Of a stretch of 32,000 nt of DNA, positions 8,775 to 16,933 are shown piece by piece. This DNA is from Salinirarus marinus (lineage in GTDB: Archaea; Halobacteriota; Halobacteria; Halobacteriales; Haloferacaceae). Each line of letters opens with the position of its first letter. Position 1 is the first letter of the stretch. The position numbers were made by a program, and so were the translations under genes. The notes under the pieces are model-generated. The model was not told where the DNA came from. It did not search any database and saw only the letters and a program-made list of their open reading frames with translations. The stretch covers positions 2,776,271 to 2,808,270 of the forward strand of contig NZ_CP132292.1 in assembly GCF_030734185.1 (NCBI RefSeq). Reading direction: 5' to 3'.

Positions 8775-9216
8775 GGAAACCGAACTGACCCTTGATGATG
8801 TTGATCAACGGAAAGCCAGTGAGCTGAAAGAATACCACTTAGAGAAAATCAGAAAAGAAGCTGAGAGTACAAATGACCCAGGCCCGCTCTATCTACGAGG
8901 CAATCCGAGGATTAGAGGTGGTGCTGTTGTCGGGCTTCTGGTCTTTGGAACTGCGTTCGGCGCATTAATCATGCCAACATCACCCGAAGCAGCGGCTATG
9001 TTCGGAGTGATGGTGAGCGGCGTAGGATTGTTTACGATTACCCAGTGGGGAGTAGCTACAAGGCGTGCCCTACGGGATGCTGAGACAGGTAATCAGCAAC
9101 AACAGCAGGGGAAGCCTTCATCCAAATCCAAGCAGATATGCTCAAACTGTGGATGGAAAAATCCGAAAGCAAACAATTATTGTCACGATTGCGGTGCTGA
9201 ACTGGATTCAGAATAG
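8761..9216 (+). CDS. membrane protein with two TM helices, a poly-Gln tract and a C-terminal zinc ribbon
   Basis: Start MPMSEE overlaps the upstream stop. Two hydrophobic segments, then QQQQQ, then CSNCGWKNPKANNYCHDCG. Paralogous design to the previous gene. Confidence 0.7.
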   Translation: MPMSEETELTLDDVDQRKASELKEYHLEKIRKEAESTNDPGPLYLRGNPRIRGGAVVGLLVFGTAFGALIMPTSPEAAAMFGVMVSGVGLFTITQWGVATRRALRDAETGNQQQQQGKPSSKSKQICSNCGWKNPKANNYCHDCGAELDSE

Positions 9217-9579
9217 ATGAGCAACGTTCTCGACAGGTTGTTTCGAGTATCCCAAATCTTCCGCTCGTATCCCTTTTGTCACTCTCGACCCGACCGCTCG
9301 TTTTGCTACCGAGGGCGTCATTTCGGACTGTGCGCTCGATGCACGACGATGTATCTCGGTGGGTTGCTGACGATGATCTCATTTCCGATGTGGCGACCCG
9401 TCTCCCCGCTCGTTTTGATTGCGGTTAGTGGTCTGCTACTGGTTCCAGGAGGAGTTGACGGAACCACACAAATGTTTGGCGACCGAGAAAGTACGAACAC
9501 CTTGCGAGCGATTACTGGCTTTCTATTGGGTGGTGGGGTCGTTACGACCGTCTATGCTGTCGTTTCGATGCTCTTGTAA
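9217..9579 (+). CDS. DUF2085-like membrane protein
   Basis: CHSRPDRSFCYRGRHFGLCARCTTMYLGG matches the CHxxxxRSF...CARCTGxYxG signature I recall for DUF2085. Hydrophobic segments follow. The ATG directly abuts the upstream stop. Confidence 0.65.
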   Translation: MSNVLDRLFRVSQIFRSYPFCHSRPDRSFCYRGRHFGLCARCTTMYLGGLLTMISFPMWRPVSPLVLIAVSGLLLVPGGVDGTTQMFGDRESTNTLRAITGFLLGGGVVTTVYAVVSMLL

Positions 9580-9836
9580 CATCGGACGCGGAGGTGGTTG
9601 ACCGTCACACAGTTCGTGACGGAGAATCCAATTTCCGCGCCACCCGAGAGACAGCCTCTACCCGCCGAATAACCGAATGCAACTGTAAGGGAGAATTACC
9701 GACAGTCCCACCGACTCCGAGTAAGTCGGGGCAGGAGGATGAGACGGAAAATAGCGACGGTACGGGGTGTTAGTACACGGAAGTCGAATCCGTTATCGCG
9801 GGACCGAGATAGCGGGGGTGCGTCCGTGTTCGAGGG

Positions 9837-10376
9837 CTATGGGACGAACAGGGAATTAGAACGAGAAATGTCGAGTGCAGTGATCCCGCCGTTACTGTTC
9901 GTCGATGCCGCCGAAACATCGACGACCGCGCCACGGTCCCCGCCGTCGACGTGGATGCCGTCTGATTCGATTTCCAGCGAGTGACCGTGGGCCTGTACGA
10001 TGGCGTTACCGTTCGGCTTCAATCGTACCTCCGCGTCACTGTCGGGGACGCCAATGACTCGCTCACCTGGGTCGTACTCGGGGGGTGAATCCGATTCACT
10101 GTACAACACTCCGATGACGACGGGAACACCGTCTCGACGCCGAATCATGAGGACCCTATCACCAACTGACGGGATATGGGCGTCTCCGACCATCTGAGTC
10201 GTCACAATTGCCGCCGAATCCTGTCCCGTCGAATCGGCGCGGACCTGGACGTGGTGACGCACGTCGTCGCCCTGTTGGTGAGCCTTCACAGAGACGACGG
10301 TTCCGCGCTCCGCGAAGGCCATTTCACGGTTGAACCGACCGACACTTTGGGCGTGGCCGTGGGGATTTCGGGTCAT
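9837..10376 (-). CDS. gpV / gp45 / gp5-like baseplate spike (OB-fold) protein
   Basis: GTVVSV...HHVQVR, then PSVGDRVLMIRRRDGVPVVIGVLYS, then a beta-rich tail. This resembles the N-terminal OB domain pattern of P2 gpV / Mu gp45 / VgrG-gp5. ATGA overlap with the upstream gene. Assigned from memory only. Confidence 0.55.
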   Translation of the reverse strand: MTRNPHGHAQSVGRFNREMAFAERGTVVSVKAHQQGDDVRHHVQVRADSTGQDSAAIVTTQMVGDAHIPSVGDRVLMIRRRDGVPVVIGVLYSESDSPPEYDPGERVIGVPDSDAEVRLKPNGNAIVQAHGHSLEIESDGIHVDGGDRGAVVDVSAASTNSNGGITALDISRSNSLFVP

Positions 10377-11695
10377 GCATCCTCCCAGACTACATCGCTA
10401 ATCTTGATTTCGGACTCATCGACGTGGAAATTCACGTCTAATTTCGTGTTCGGAATTTCGTACTCGGGGTCGGTGCGGTGGACCACTGAATTGATCGACC
10501 ACGTAAGCGGTTCGGCGTCTACGTCGATGACAGCTTGGTCGGCGGGCAATGCGCGGATTCGGTCGTAGGGACCAAGTTGTGGGGCGAGAACGCTATACAT
10601 CCATCCGCCGCCATCCGAATCGCTCAATAGGTCTGCAAGATAGCTCCTTGCCGCCGCTTTAACCTCTCGCTCGGAAGCCGAATCGACCTGTATTTGCCGA
10701 CTCGCATACTCGCCGCCTGCCCGTTGTACCAAGTCGTCGTACACTGCCCGAACGCGGACGTAACGTGAAGGAGCGGATTCGGCAGTCCATTGACTGTCTA
10801 AGGGTTGGGCCGAACGGGACTTTTTGGCCGCTCCGACGGCGACGACAGAGTTTCGCAACTGGGTTTGGTATAAGGCTCTGTTCTTGAGGAGTGCCACGTC
10901 GCCGTCTCCCGTCGCGTCATATTCACTCCCAATCTCGGGCAGGGAGTTGATGTGCGCGACGACGATTTCCAGCGTCTCGAAGTCCTCGCTTGGGCGAAGC
11001 CAGTACCGATAGGGTCCGCCTCGGTTACGAATCCACCGTAACACGTCGAGAAGGGTCGACCGATTCCGAGTAAATTCGCGGCGACCAAGAGAACCCATCT
11101 CGGGATCGATACTCTGTACGTCGCTGGCCGCATTCAGACTGGTATATGACTGATTTTCTGCGGCTGATTCGACGCCGACGACGTTTACCTCTGGGAACAC
11201 TCCCGCGTCCTCTAATTCGGACGCTATGTACTCCAGAGGAATTTCTGGGGACGGATTGGTGAACCGACGACTCGCGGGGATTTCTTCAAGCACGTCGGCT
11301 ACGTCGTTGACGGTGAACTGTACCGAATCCTCTCCGCCGCCGATTCCGCCAACCCATCCCCGAAAGACGGGCGTGAAGTCACCATCCTTGTTCAACGGGG
11401 AGCGAAGGGCGATTTCAACGGGGATTAGACCCGCACGGGAGGTAACGTCGACGAGTTTTCCGTACTCGTGACCGTCAACCTGCCACCGAGTTTTCACCGT
11501 CGCATACCCCTTTATTGAGGGGTTTTTCGTCTTACGGAGTTCGAGGTTTACCCCGAGTGAGGGAATGCGGGTTCGGGATTTGCCGATGAGGATTCGATCT
11601 GGTGCTGGATTCGGGGGGTCGAAGTCGGGAATATTCTCCGAGTCGCCACCACTCCCCTCGGCAGAGAACGCGGAAGTGTTGTCTGATACGCTCAT
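10373..11695 (-). CDS. gpD / gp27 / VgrG-like tail hub protein
   Basis: The block VFRGWVGGIGGGEDSVQFTVNDVADVLEEIPASRRFTNPSPEIPLEYIASELEDAGV resembles the conserved F.G.V...R.F.n.s..ei block of gpD/gp27-type hubs. It sits between the TMP-like and gpV-like genes, as in Mu and P2. Needs an HMM search. Confidence 0.5.
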   Translation of the reverse strand: MSVSDNTSAFSAEGSGGDSENIPDFDPPNPAPDRILIGKSRTRIPSLGVNLELRKTKNPSIKGYATVKTRWQVDGHEYGKLVDVTSRAGLIPVEIALRSPLNKDGDFTPVFRGWVGGIGGGEDSVQFTVNDVADVLEEIPASRRFTNPSPEIPLEYIASELEDAGVFPEVNVVGVESAAENQSYTSLNAASDVQSIDPEMGSLGRREFTRNRSTLLDVLRWIRNRGGPYRYWLRPSEDFETLEIVVAHINSLPEIGSEYDATGDGDVALLKNRALYQTQLRNSVVAVGAAKKSRSAQPLDSQWTAESAPSRYVRVRAVYDDLVQRAGGEYASRQIQVDSASEREVKAAARSYLADLLSDSDGGGWMYSVLAPQLGPYDRIRALPADQAVIDVDAEPLTWSINSVVHRTDPEYEIPNTKLDVNFHVDESEIKISDVVWEDA

Positions 11696-12156
11696 GAATC
11701 GAGGAGAGATTGGCCGAGCGACTGGTTCGTATCCTCGCGTTGCATTAATTGAAACGTGTATAGCGGCTCCGTTACGGGGGTTCCCTGAAATGTGTAGTTG
11801 CCTCGCTGTTCCTGGTCGTTTCTATCCCATTTGAACTGGTCAAATACTGCCATTCCTGTATAACCGTCCGTTATAATTTGAACTTTCTCTGTGGAGCGAA
11901 CCAACTCAGTCAGCTCCTTCAGTTCTGGGCGGAACAGGTACCCTTCCATCGTGAAGGTTACACCCATATCTCCCGTCTGCGAGACGTAGGTGCGACCCCC
12001 AGTGCCATGGGCAACATCGGTATTGAGCGGAAGTGTTCCGCCGACGCGAGTCACTACGGGTGGTTGTACGACTTCATCCTGATCTGGATCTCGGATAGTT
12101 GGACGGACTTCCCCCAACGTCGCAAGTTCAGTAGCAGTTGGTTCAGATGTAGACAT
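11692..12156 (-). CDS. hypothetical protein; distal-tail / tube-initiator-like by position only
   Basis: 154 aa. TAATG overlap with the TMP-like gene and ATGA overlap with the hub-like gene. Appears beta-rich. No motif recognised. Confidence 0.4.
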   Translation of the reverse strand: MSTSEPTATELATLGEVRPTIRDPDQDEVVQPPVVTRVGGTLPLNTDVAHGTGGRTYVSQTGDMGVTFTMEGYLFRPELKELTELVRSTEKVQIITDGYTGMAVFDQFKWDRNDQEQRGNYTFQGTPVTEPLYTFQLMQREDTNQSLGQSLLDS

Positions 12157-13739
12157 TATATCCCCGAAGCAAATTCACTGTCACGGCGCGTTCCTTCCAT
12201 GTAACTCAGCGTCTCGGTAATTCGAGTGGCATCTTCGCGGGAGTTGGCGTTGATGTTGTAGTTCTTGTAGACGACGTTGCCTCCAGCAACACCGCCACCA
12301 CCACTGAATCCGCTCATCGAACCGAAGCCACCAGTGTTCGCACTCACTCCGTTAAATTCGCGGAGGGCGTCGGTGGCCGAACGGATTCCTCCTTCGAGGG
12401 AGACGAACTGGGAGGTAAGCCATCCAATCCCCGCCGCGATACCGAGGGTGAGAACCGAATAGAGCGTCATCAAGGCCGCACTCAACGCATACGACTGGAG
12501 GGTAGCCATCAACTCGGCGGCAGTCATTCGTTGGAATGCCGCCGCGTTCATCTGAACTGCCCCGAACAGACTCAACAGTCCACCCTGAAGCGAGTTGTTG
12601 ACGACAGTGTACATTGCCGATACGGAGAGAAGGGTTAGGAGGACGCCAGCGAGAGCGCCCATAACTTCGAGGCCGTATGGGAGAACGTTCAGGATTTGCC
12701 CCAACCCACCGAACATCATCATAATCCCCCGAGTCGCGGCGAGGAATCCAAGGGATAACTCGTAGATGATCGGAAGGAATCGTCCAAGGTCGGTGACGAT
12801 TGCGGCGAGGAGCGGCAACGTATCGGCCAAAACGCTACCAAGGAGTGCAATCATGTTCACGTCGGGGAATCTCTCTCCCAACATCGTGAACAGTGGCACG
12901 GCCATCTCACCGAAGGCGACGACATCCGCCAGTACGGGAGCGGTGTTCCGTGAGAGGAAGTGGGTCAATGCAGTGAAATCGTCGGTCAACGACCGAAGAA
13001 CGCCTGCATTGCGACCCAAATCACGGACGAGGAAATTCAGGTCACGGAAGGCTTCTTCGACGACGGGGACGAAGGATTCGGCTATCGGGCGGAATGCCTG
13101 TACAAACGTATTTCCGAGGCGGGTTATCCGCTGTTGTAAGCGTCTCACGGATAATCCGTCGCCTGTCATCGCCATTCCTAACAGGCCCAGTCCCCCGATG
13201 GCCGCAAGGCCACCTGCGGCGGCAAGGGCCGCTCCCGCCAATGCACCGAGGCCCGCAATGGCGGCGGGGAGCGCACCGATGAAGGTCCCCATCATGGGAA
13301 TTAACGCCGCGAGAATCTTGAAGAAGTCACCCATGACGAACTGTAAATCGAGGAACTGGTCGGTGAGAGAATCACGTTCACGGACTCGAATCCCTGGGTC
13401 GTGATAGATAGGGAGTCGGATGGGTTGTCCGCCGCTGGTCATGGCCTCACCCGCAGACGATGCAGTAGACGAAGCAGTGGAGGCCGCGCTACTCACCGTT
13501 CCCGAAACGTCGGAATCAGTATCCACGTCAACGTCGACGCCACTGTCGATGGTATCCATCGTCGCGGCGACCGCCTGAAGCTCCGCTAACGTTTCAGAGA
13601 CGCCGTCGACACCAACTTCGATGTCGAAGACGGCTTCCTCCAAGGAGCCGATTCGATACAGTTGCAGTTCAAGTTCGGTGAGAACTGCCGAAAATTCATC
13701 CTCAACAGACGCTATAAGGTTTAGTTCTTCCGTAGGCAT
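12156..13739 (-). CDS. tape-measure-like protein with multiple hydrophobic/glycine-zipper segments
   Basis: 527 aa. Acidic coiled-coil-like N-terminus, a Ser/Thr-rich linker, then many Ala/Gly/Leu hydrophobic stretches (GALPAAIAGLGALAGAALAAAGGLAAIGGLGLLGMAM...) as in TP901-type tail tape-measure cores. Gly-rich C-terminus. Confidence 0.55.
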   Translation of the reverse strand: MPTEELNLIASVEDEFSAVLTELELQLYRIGSLEEAVFDIEVGVDGVSETLAELQAVAATMDTIDSGVDVDVDTDSDVSGTVSSAASTASSTASSAGEAMTSGGQPIRLPIYHDPGIRVRERDSLTDQFLDLQFVMGDFFKILAALIPMMGTFIGALPAAIAGLGALAGAALAAAGGLAAIGGLGLLGMAMTGDGLSVRRLQQRITRLGNTFVQAFRPIAESFVPVVEEAFRDLNFLVRDLGRNAGVLRSLTDDFTALTHFLSRNTAPVLADVVAFGEMAVPLFTMLGERFPDVNMIALLGSVLADTLPLLAAIVTDLGRFLPIIYELSLGFLAATRGIMMMFGGLGQILNVLPYGLEVMGALAGVLLTLLSVSAMYTVVNNSLQGGLLSLFGAVQMNAAAFQRMTAAELMATLQSYALSAALMTLYSVLTLGIAAGIGWLTSQFVSLEGGIRSATDALREFNGVSANTGGFGSMSGFSGGGGVAGGNVVYKNYNINANSREDATRITETLSYMEGTRRDSEFASGI

Positions 13740-13761
13740 AATTTAGATTCGATAAACTCGT

Positions 13762-13953
13762 TCAACTTCGCTGATCTTCGACCGTTACTTCGTCGTCGGT
13801 TTCTTCGGGAGGCCATACCTGCCGTCCGCCGTCCCCATCATCCCAGACTCTCCCGTCGTCACTGATGGTGAAGCGGTCTTGCTCGTAGAACCGTTCGGGC
13901 ATTTCGGGGAATGGCCGCCCCAACTCCTCGGGAATTGGACTGTCGTCGCTCAT
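13762..13953 (-). CDS. hypothetical acidic protein (63 aa)
   Basis: ATG at 13953 overlaps the upstream stop (ATGA). MSDDSPIPEELGRPFPEM... is acidic. The ORF-track version from a TTG at 14031 is probably too long. Confidence 0.45.
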   Translation of the reverse strand: MSDDSPIPEELGRPFPEMPERFYEQDRFTISDDGRVWDDGDGGRQVWPPEETDDEVTVEDQRS

Positions 13954-14237
13954 GATCTGTCTGAATGCTCCCAACACTTGTCGCCGCCGTCCTCCGTATC
14001 TGCCGCACGGGGAGGTTTGCCACAGAACCAACCACTCTCAAGCTCCGCGCCACAGCGACCGTAGTGGTCGGCTTCCTCTTTGCTCGGAAGCCCGATTCTC
14101 GGATCGCGGCGGAGTTGACTCAGCGATTTCTCGTCTTCGAGGTAGAGGGGATGGTTCCGATACGGCTCTAAATCCCCGTATTCTTCCTGCCAATTCGTAT
14201 ACGGTTTGCCGACGCGTTCGACTCGTTCTCGGGGCAT
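13950..14237 (-). CDS. hypothetical protein with a Cys/His cluster (possible zinc-binding)
   Basis: 95 aa. HYGRCGAELESGWFCGKPP...DKCWEH. TAATG overlap with the upstream gene. Confidence 0.5.
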   Translation of the reverse strand: MPRERVERVGKPYTNWQEEYGDLEPYRNHPLYLEDEKSLSQLRRDPRIGLPSKEEADHYGRCGAELESGWFCGKPPRAADTEDGGDKCWEHSDRS

Positions 14238-14503
14238 TATTTCGAGGGTAGATCGTATGTCTCACCCGATTCGTACTCCGTTTCGTCGTCTTCGGACTGT
14301 GAGGAGGACTCACCATCTGCCGATAGCGAATAAGTCTCACCGTGCTTATATTTCGGCATCTCGTCGTCGGCGGTGTCGGTATCGAAGCCCGCGTCCTCTG
14401 CGAATCGGACAAGCTCCTCAACGCCGTCATGCAGTTGTGCAATTTGGTCGACGGTCAAATCAGACACGTACTCCGCGAGCGAAGTTTCATTCCAGTCGGT
14501 CAT
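14237..14503 (-). CDS. hypothetical, very acidic protein (88 aa)
   Basis: ATG-initiated operon member. The C-terminal half is rich in D/E/S/T. Confidence 0.5.
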   Translation of the reverse strand: MTDWNETSLAEYVSDLTVDQIAQLHDGVEELVRFAEDAGFDTDTADDEMPKYKHGETYSLSADGESSSQSEDDETEYESGETYDLPSK

Positions 14504-14810
14504 TGTCGATTAGGTAAGCGCGAAATTGATTCTGGGTCGGTTCAGTCGTGGGGGTGACGTGGAGTTTGGTCCTCGGCCACGGTTCGATTTCGAGATACTC
14601 GTTTTCGCCACTCGGAAGGGTCGCTGTGGCGATTTCGTGAGCGTCCTCGAAGGTCGCATCTTCGACGCGGGTGGCCGAAATCGAAATGGACACTTCCGCG
14701 TCCAAATCGTTACAGAATTGAAGGCGGTTAGGCGGGGGAGAATCCGCATCGAAGGTGAAACTGTGCGGATTAGTGTCGCGGATTTCAACTTCTGTGATCG
14801 TCTCACTCAT
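14487..14810 (-). CDS. hypothetical protein (107 aa), apparently beta-rich
   Basis: Start MSETITEV at 14810 overlaps the upstream stop by 8 nt (ATGAGTGA). The ORF-track start at 14837 is less likely. Confidence 0.5.
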   Translation of the reverse strand: MSETITEVEIRDTNPHSFTFDADSPPPNRLQFCNDLDAEVSISISATRVEDATFEDAHEIATATLPSGENEYLEIEPWPRTKLHVTPTTEPTQNQFRAYLIDNDRLE

Positions 14811-15324
14811 TCGCCACCTCAACGGAGAGTGAAACATCGGTGTAGTCGGGTTCTTCTTTTATTGCACTCTCCTTCAGATACTTCGGCGGGGGATTCTCGT
14901 CTAAATGCTTATTGTAAGCTCGCCACTCCCGCCATGCTTCTCGCAGTTTTTTCGCATCCTTCAGTTCGGCTTCGGGTTCGGCGTCTTCGTACAGTTCCCG
15001 AAGATCGGTTGCGTATTCGAGGGCCAGGAAAGTCAGAGCATCCTCCCGATTCGCCCCGCTCATTCCGATATGATTTGCCGCATCCGCCGCCCGACTCCAC
15101 GTCGCTTTCGAGCAACGGACTCGTTGGGGGCGTCCCGATTCATCTAACCGCTCTTGGACTTCATTTCGCTCCCATTCCTCTCCTGCCATCTCACCGTAGT
15201 GGTGGATGAGGAGGATAAGCGGCGTGTCGACGCGTTTCGCATCCCCTTTACCGAGATTCGTGTTATCGAGTTTCGTCTTCGCTTTGCTACCGATTCGGAT
15301 TCGTTTAATTTCTTCCGCGTACAT
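14803..15324 (-). CDS. hypothetical charged protein (173 aa)
   Basis: ATG lies 8 nt downstream of the Rep stop. Likely helical, Lys/Glu-rich. No motif recognised. Confidence 0.5.
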   Translation of the reverse strand: MYAEEIKRIRIGSKAKTKLDNTNLGKGDAKRVDTPLILLIHHYGEMAGEEWERNEVQERLDESGRPQRVRCSKATWSRAADAANHIGMSGANREDALTFLALEYATDLRELYEDAEPEAELKDAKKLREAWREWRAYNKHLDENPPPKYLKESAIKEEPDYTDVSLSVEVANE

Positions 15325-15334
15325 TGTGTTGTAA

Positions 15335-16525
15335 TTAATTGTTGTCGTCTTCTGATTGTTTGAGTTTCAATACTTCATCGTCGGAGGGAAAGCCCCGTGA
15401 CGTTGCGAACCAGTTCCGCGACGAAACCCAGGCCCCGACGGCGCGGTCGATGTGCCACGGTTCCGTATCGCCTGCAAGGGCGAAGTGCGGTAACTGCGAC
15501 CCAAGATAGACACACCCTGCCGTCGGGGGAATATCTCGGAGTGAATTGACTACGCCTACCTCTCCGTAGGTATCCGTCGCCCGAGGCGGGTCGTGTTCGA
15601 CGGTCACTGTCCCTCTCTCAACGTCGTGTGACTCCCAGGAGGCCCGTGGGGTTCTCTCTACGAACTTTGCGACGGCAGGGCGAAACCATTCGGAATCAAC
15701 TACGTCGTGGGGATCGTCGACCCAGAGGTACAGGTGACAGTGGGGGGTGGCCCACTGTCTCGTGGCCGAGATAATCCGCGCCCATTCCACGTCGAACCCC
15801 CGTTTCTGGGAGAGGGCGTATCGGATTGAATCCATGACGGCGGTCATGTTCTGAAACAGGTCTTCCCCCTGTTGATATGGCGTAACCACCCTCCCCGTCT
15901 CGGGGTCGACGGGGGACTGTCTCAAGCTGATCATGACCGTCGTTACCCCCGTCATGTCGATTTTGAAGTAGGCATCGGCGTCTCGCAACTTTGCGTACCG
16001 TTGCCGAGCTTGCCGTAGTTTTGACGTTCTGTACGGCCCGTCGTCGCCGTCGTCGTCCCCGCCGTCATCACTGTCATTCTCCCCGACGCCGACGCCAAGG
16101 TCGGGGTCATTTGCCGTGACGAGACGGGTGTAGACGTTCCTCGCTGTTCCTCGCATGATGGGGCGCGGATGGTCGCATACGTCGACGGTATGTTCGCCTT
16201 TACCCTCGGGGTCGTGATGGTCAATCGACCACTCCTCGCACCCGCAGGTGACGAGAGGGTCGGGGAGTCGGGAGCAATCCACCGTCGGGGGTGCGACCAG
16301 TCCTTCGTCGTATCGACTGGGTGGGACTCTGTGGTCGGAGGGACTTCGGGGTTGTTTGTCTTTTTCCCCAGTCGCACATATAGTCTCGCCGTCCCGTTCG
16401 TGTTCGGTCCACTCCTCCCACTCCTCCCTTTGAATGAAACGGACGGGGGGATCACTTGGCTCCCGTTCGTGATAGGGCGATGGGGATAATACGTCGCCGT
16501 GGAAGTGGCGGGGGATAGACGCCAT
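15335..16525 (-). CDS. rep: HUH-superfamily rolling-circle replication initiator (Rep)-like protein
   Basis: Ordered motifs: TTVMISLRQ (motif I-like), ATPHCHLYLWV (HUH as H-C-H followed by hydrophobics), and a downstream GCVYLGSQLPH (candidate catalytic Tyr). N-terminal Cys/His cluster and an Asp/Gly acidic insert. Confidence 0.55.
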   Translation of the reverse strand: MASIPRHFHGDVLSPSPYHEREPSDPPVRFIQREEWEEWTEHERDGETICATGEKDKQPRSPSDHRVPPSRYDEGLVAPPTVDCSRLPDPLVTCGCEEWSIDHHDPEGKGEHTVDVCDHPRPIMRGTARNVYTRLVTANDPDLGVGVGENDSDDGGDDDGDDGPYRTSKLRQARQRYAKLRDADAYFKIDMTGVTTVMISLRQSPVDPETGRVVTPYQQGEDLFQNMTAVMDSIRYALSQKRGFDVEWARIISATRQWATPHCHLYLWVDDPHDVVDSEWFRPAVAKFVERTPRASWESHDVERGTVTVEHDPPRATDTYGEVGVVNSLRDIPPTAGCVYLGSQLPHFALAGDTEPWHIDRAVGAWVSSRNWFATSRGFPSDDEVLKLKQSEDDNN

Positions 16526-16708
16526 CGACTATCCCTCCGACCACCTCCGCTGAAATAGCAAATATCCGAAAGGTTTATTAACCCGACAGTAGAATAGTCT
16601 ACCGTCGGTGAACGATACTCCGTCGCCGTCGCTACTGTTTGCGAACTTGCCCATAATCGTAGTTCCTTCGGGGTAACGGTCCCTACACCGTCACCCGCTC
16701 TTTTTTTA

Positions 16709-16870
16709 TCAGTTCTTCGAGATGAACGCGTCGTTTTCCTCGATTAGCCGTTCAATCGTCACCCGATAGGGAACGTCTTCTGTCCCAAACAGGGCGACAC
16801 TGGCGTCGTCGAGAAGCTGTTTGTCTTCGTTACGAACAGTAATGGTGCAGTGGTTTTCTGATGCAGGCAT
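16709..16870 (-). CDS. ribbon-helix-helix (CopG-like) small DNA-binding protein (53 aa, below the ORF-track cutoff)
   Basis: Hand translation: MPASENHCTITVRNEDKQLLDDASVALFGTEDVPYRVTIERLIEENDAFISKN. A beta-strand (TITV) followed by two helices is typical of RHH. Located just upstream of rep in the same orientation. Confidence 0.5.
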   Translation of the reverse strand: MPASENHCTITVRNEDKQLLDDASVALFGTEDVPYRVTIERLIEENDAFISKN

Positions 16871-16933
16871 GGTGCTGGTATGAAAGGTGGGGGAGTTTCA
16901 CCCCCGAACGCTATACAATTGCTACTGACTTTT

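Noticed and set aside
13953-14031. Possible -1 programmed frameshift between the 95-aa and 63-aa ORFs, by analogy with tail-chaperone G/GT upstream of tape-measure genes
   Set aside because: The downstream ORF is indeed open in the -1 frame for 78 nt. However, I could find no canonical X XXY YYZ slippery heptamer in the overlap, and an ATGA stop/start overlap at 13950-13953 explains the arrangement. It remains testable by proteomics.
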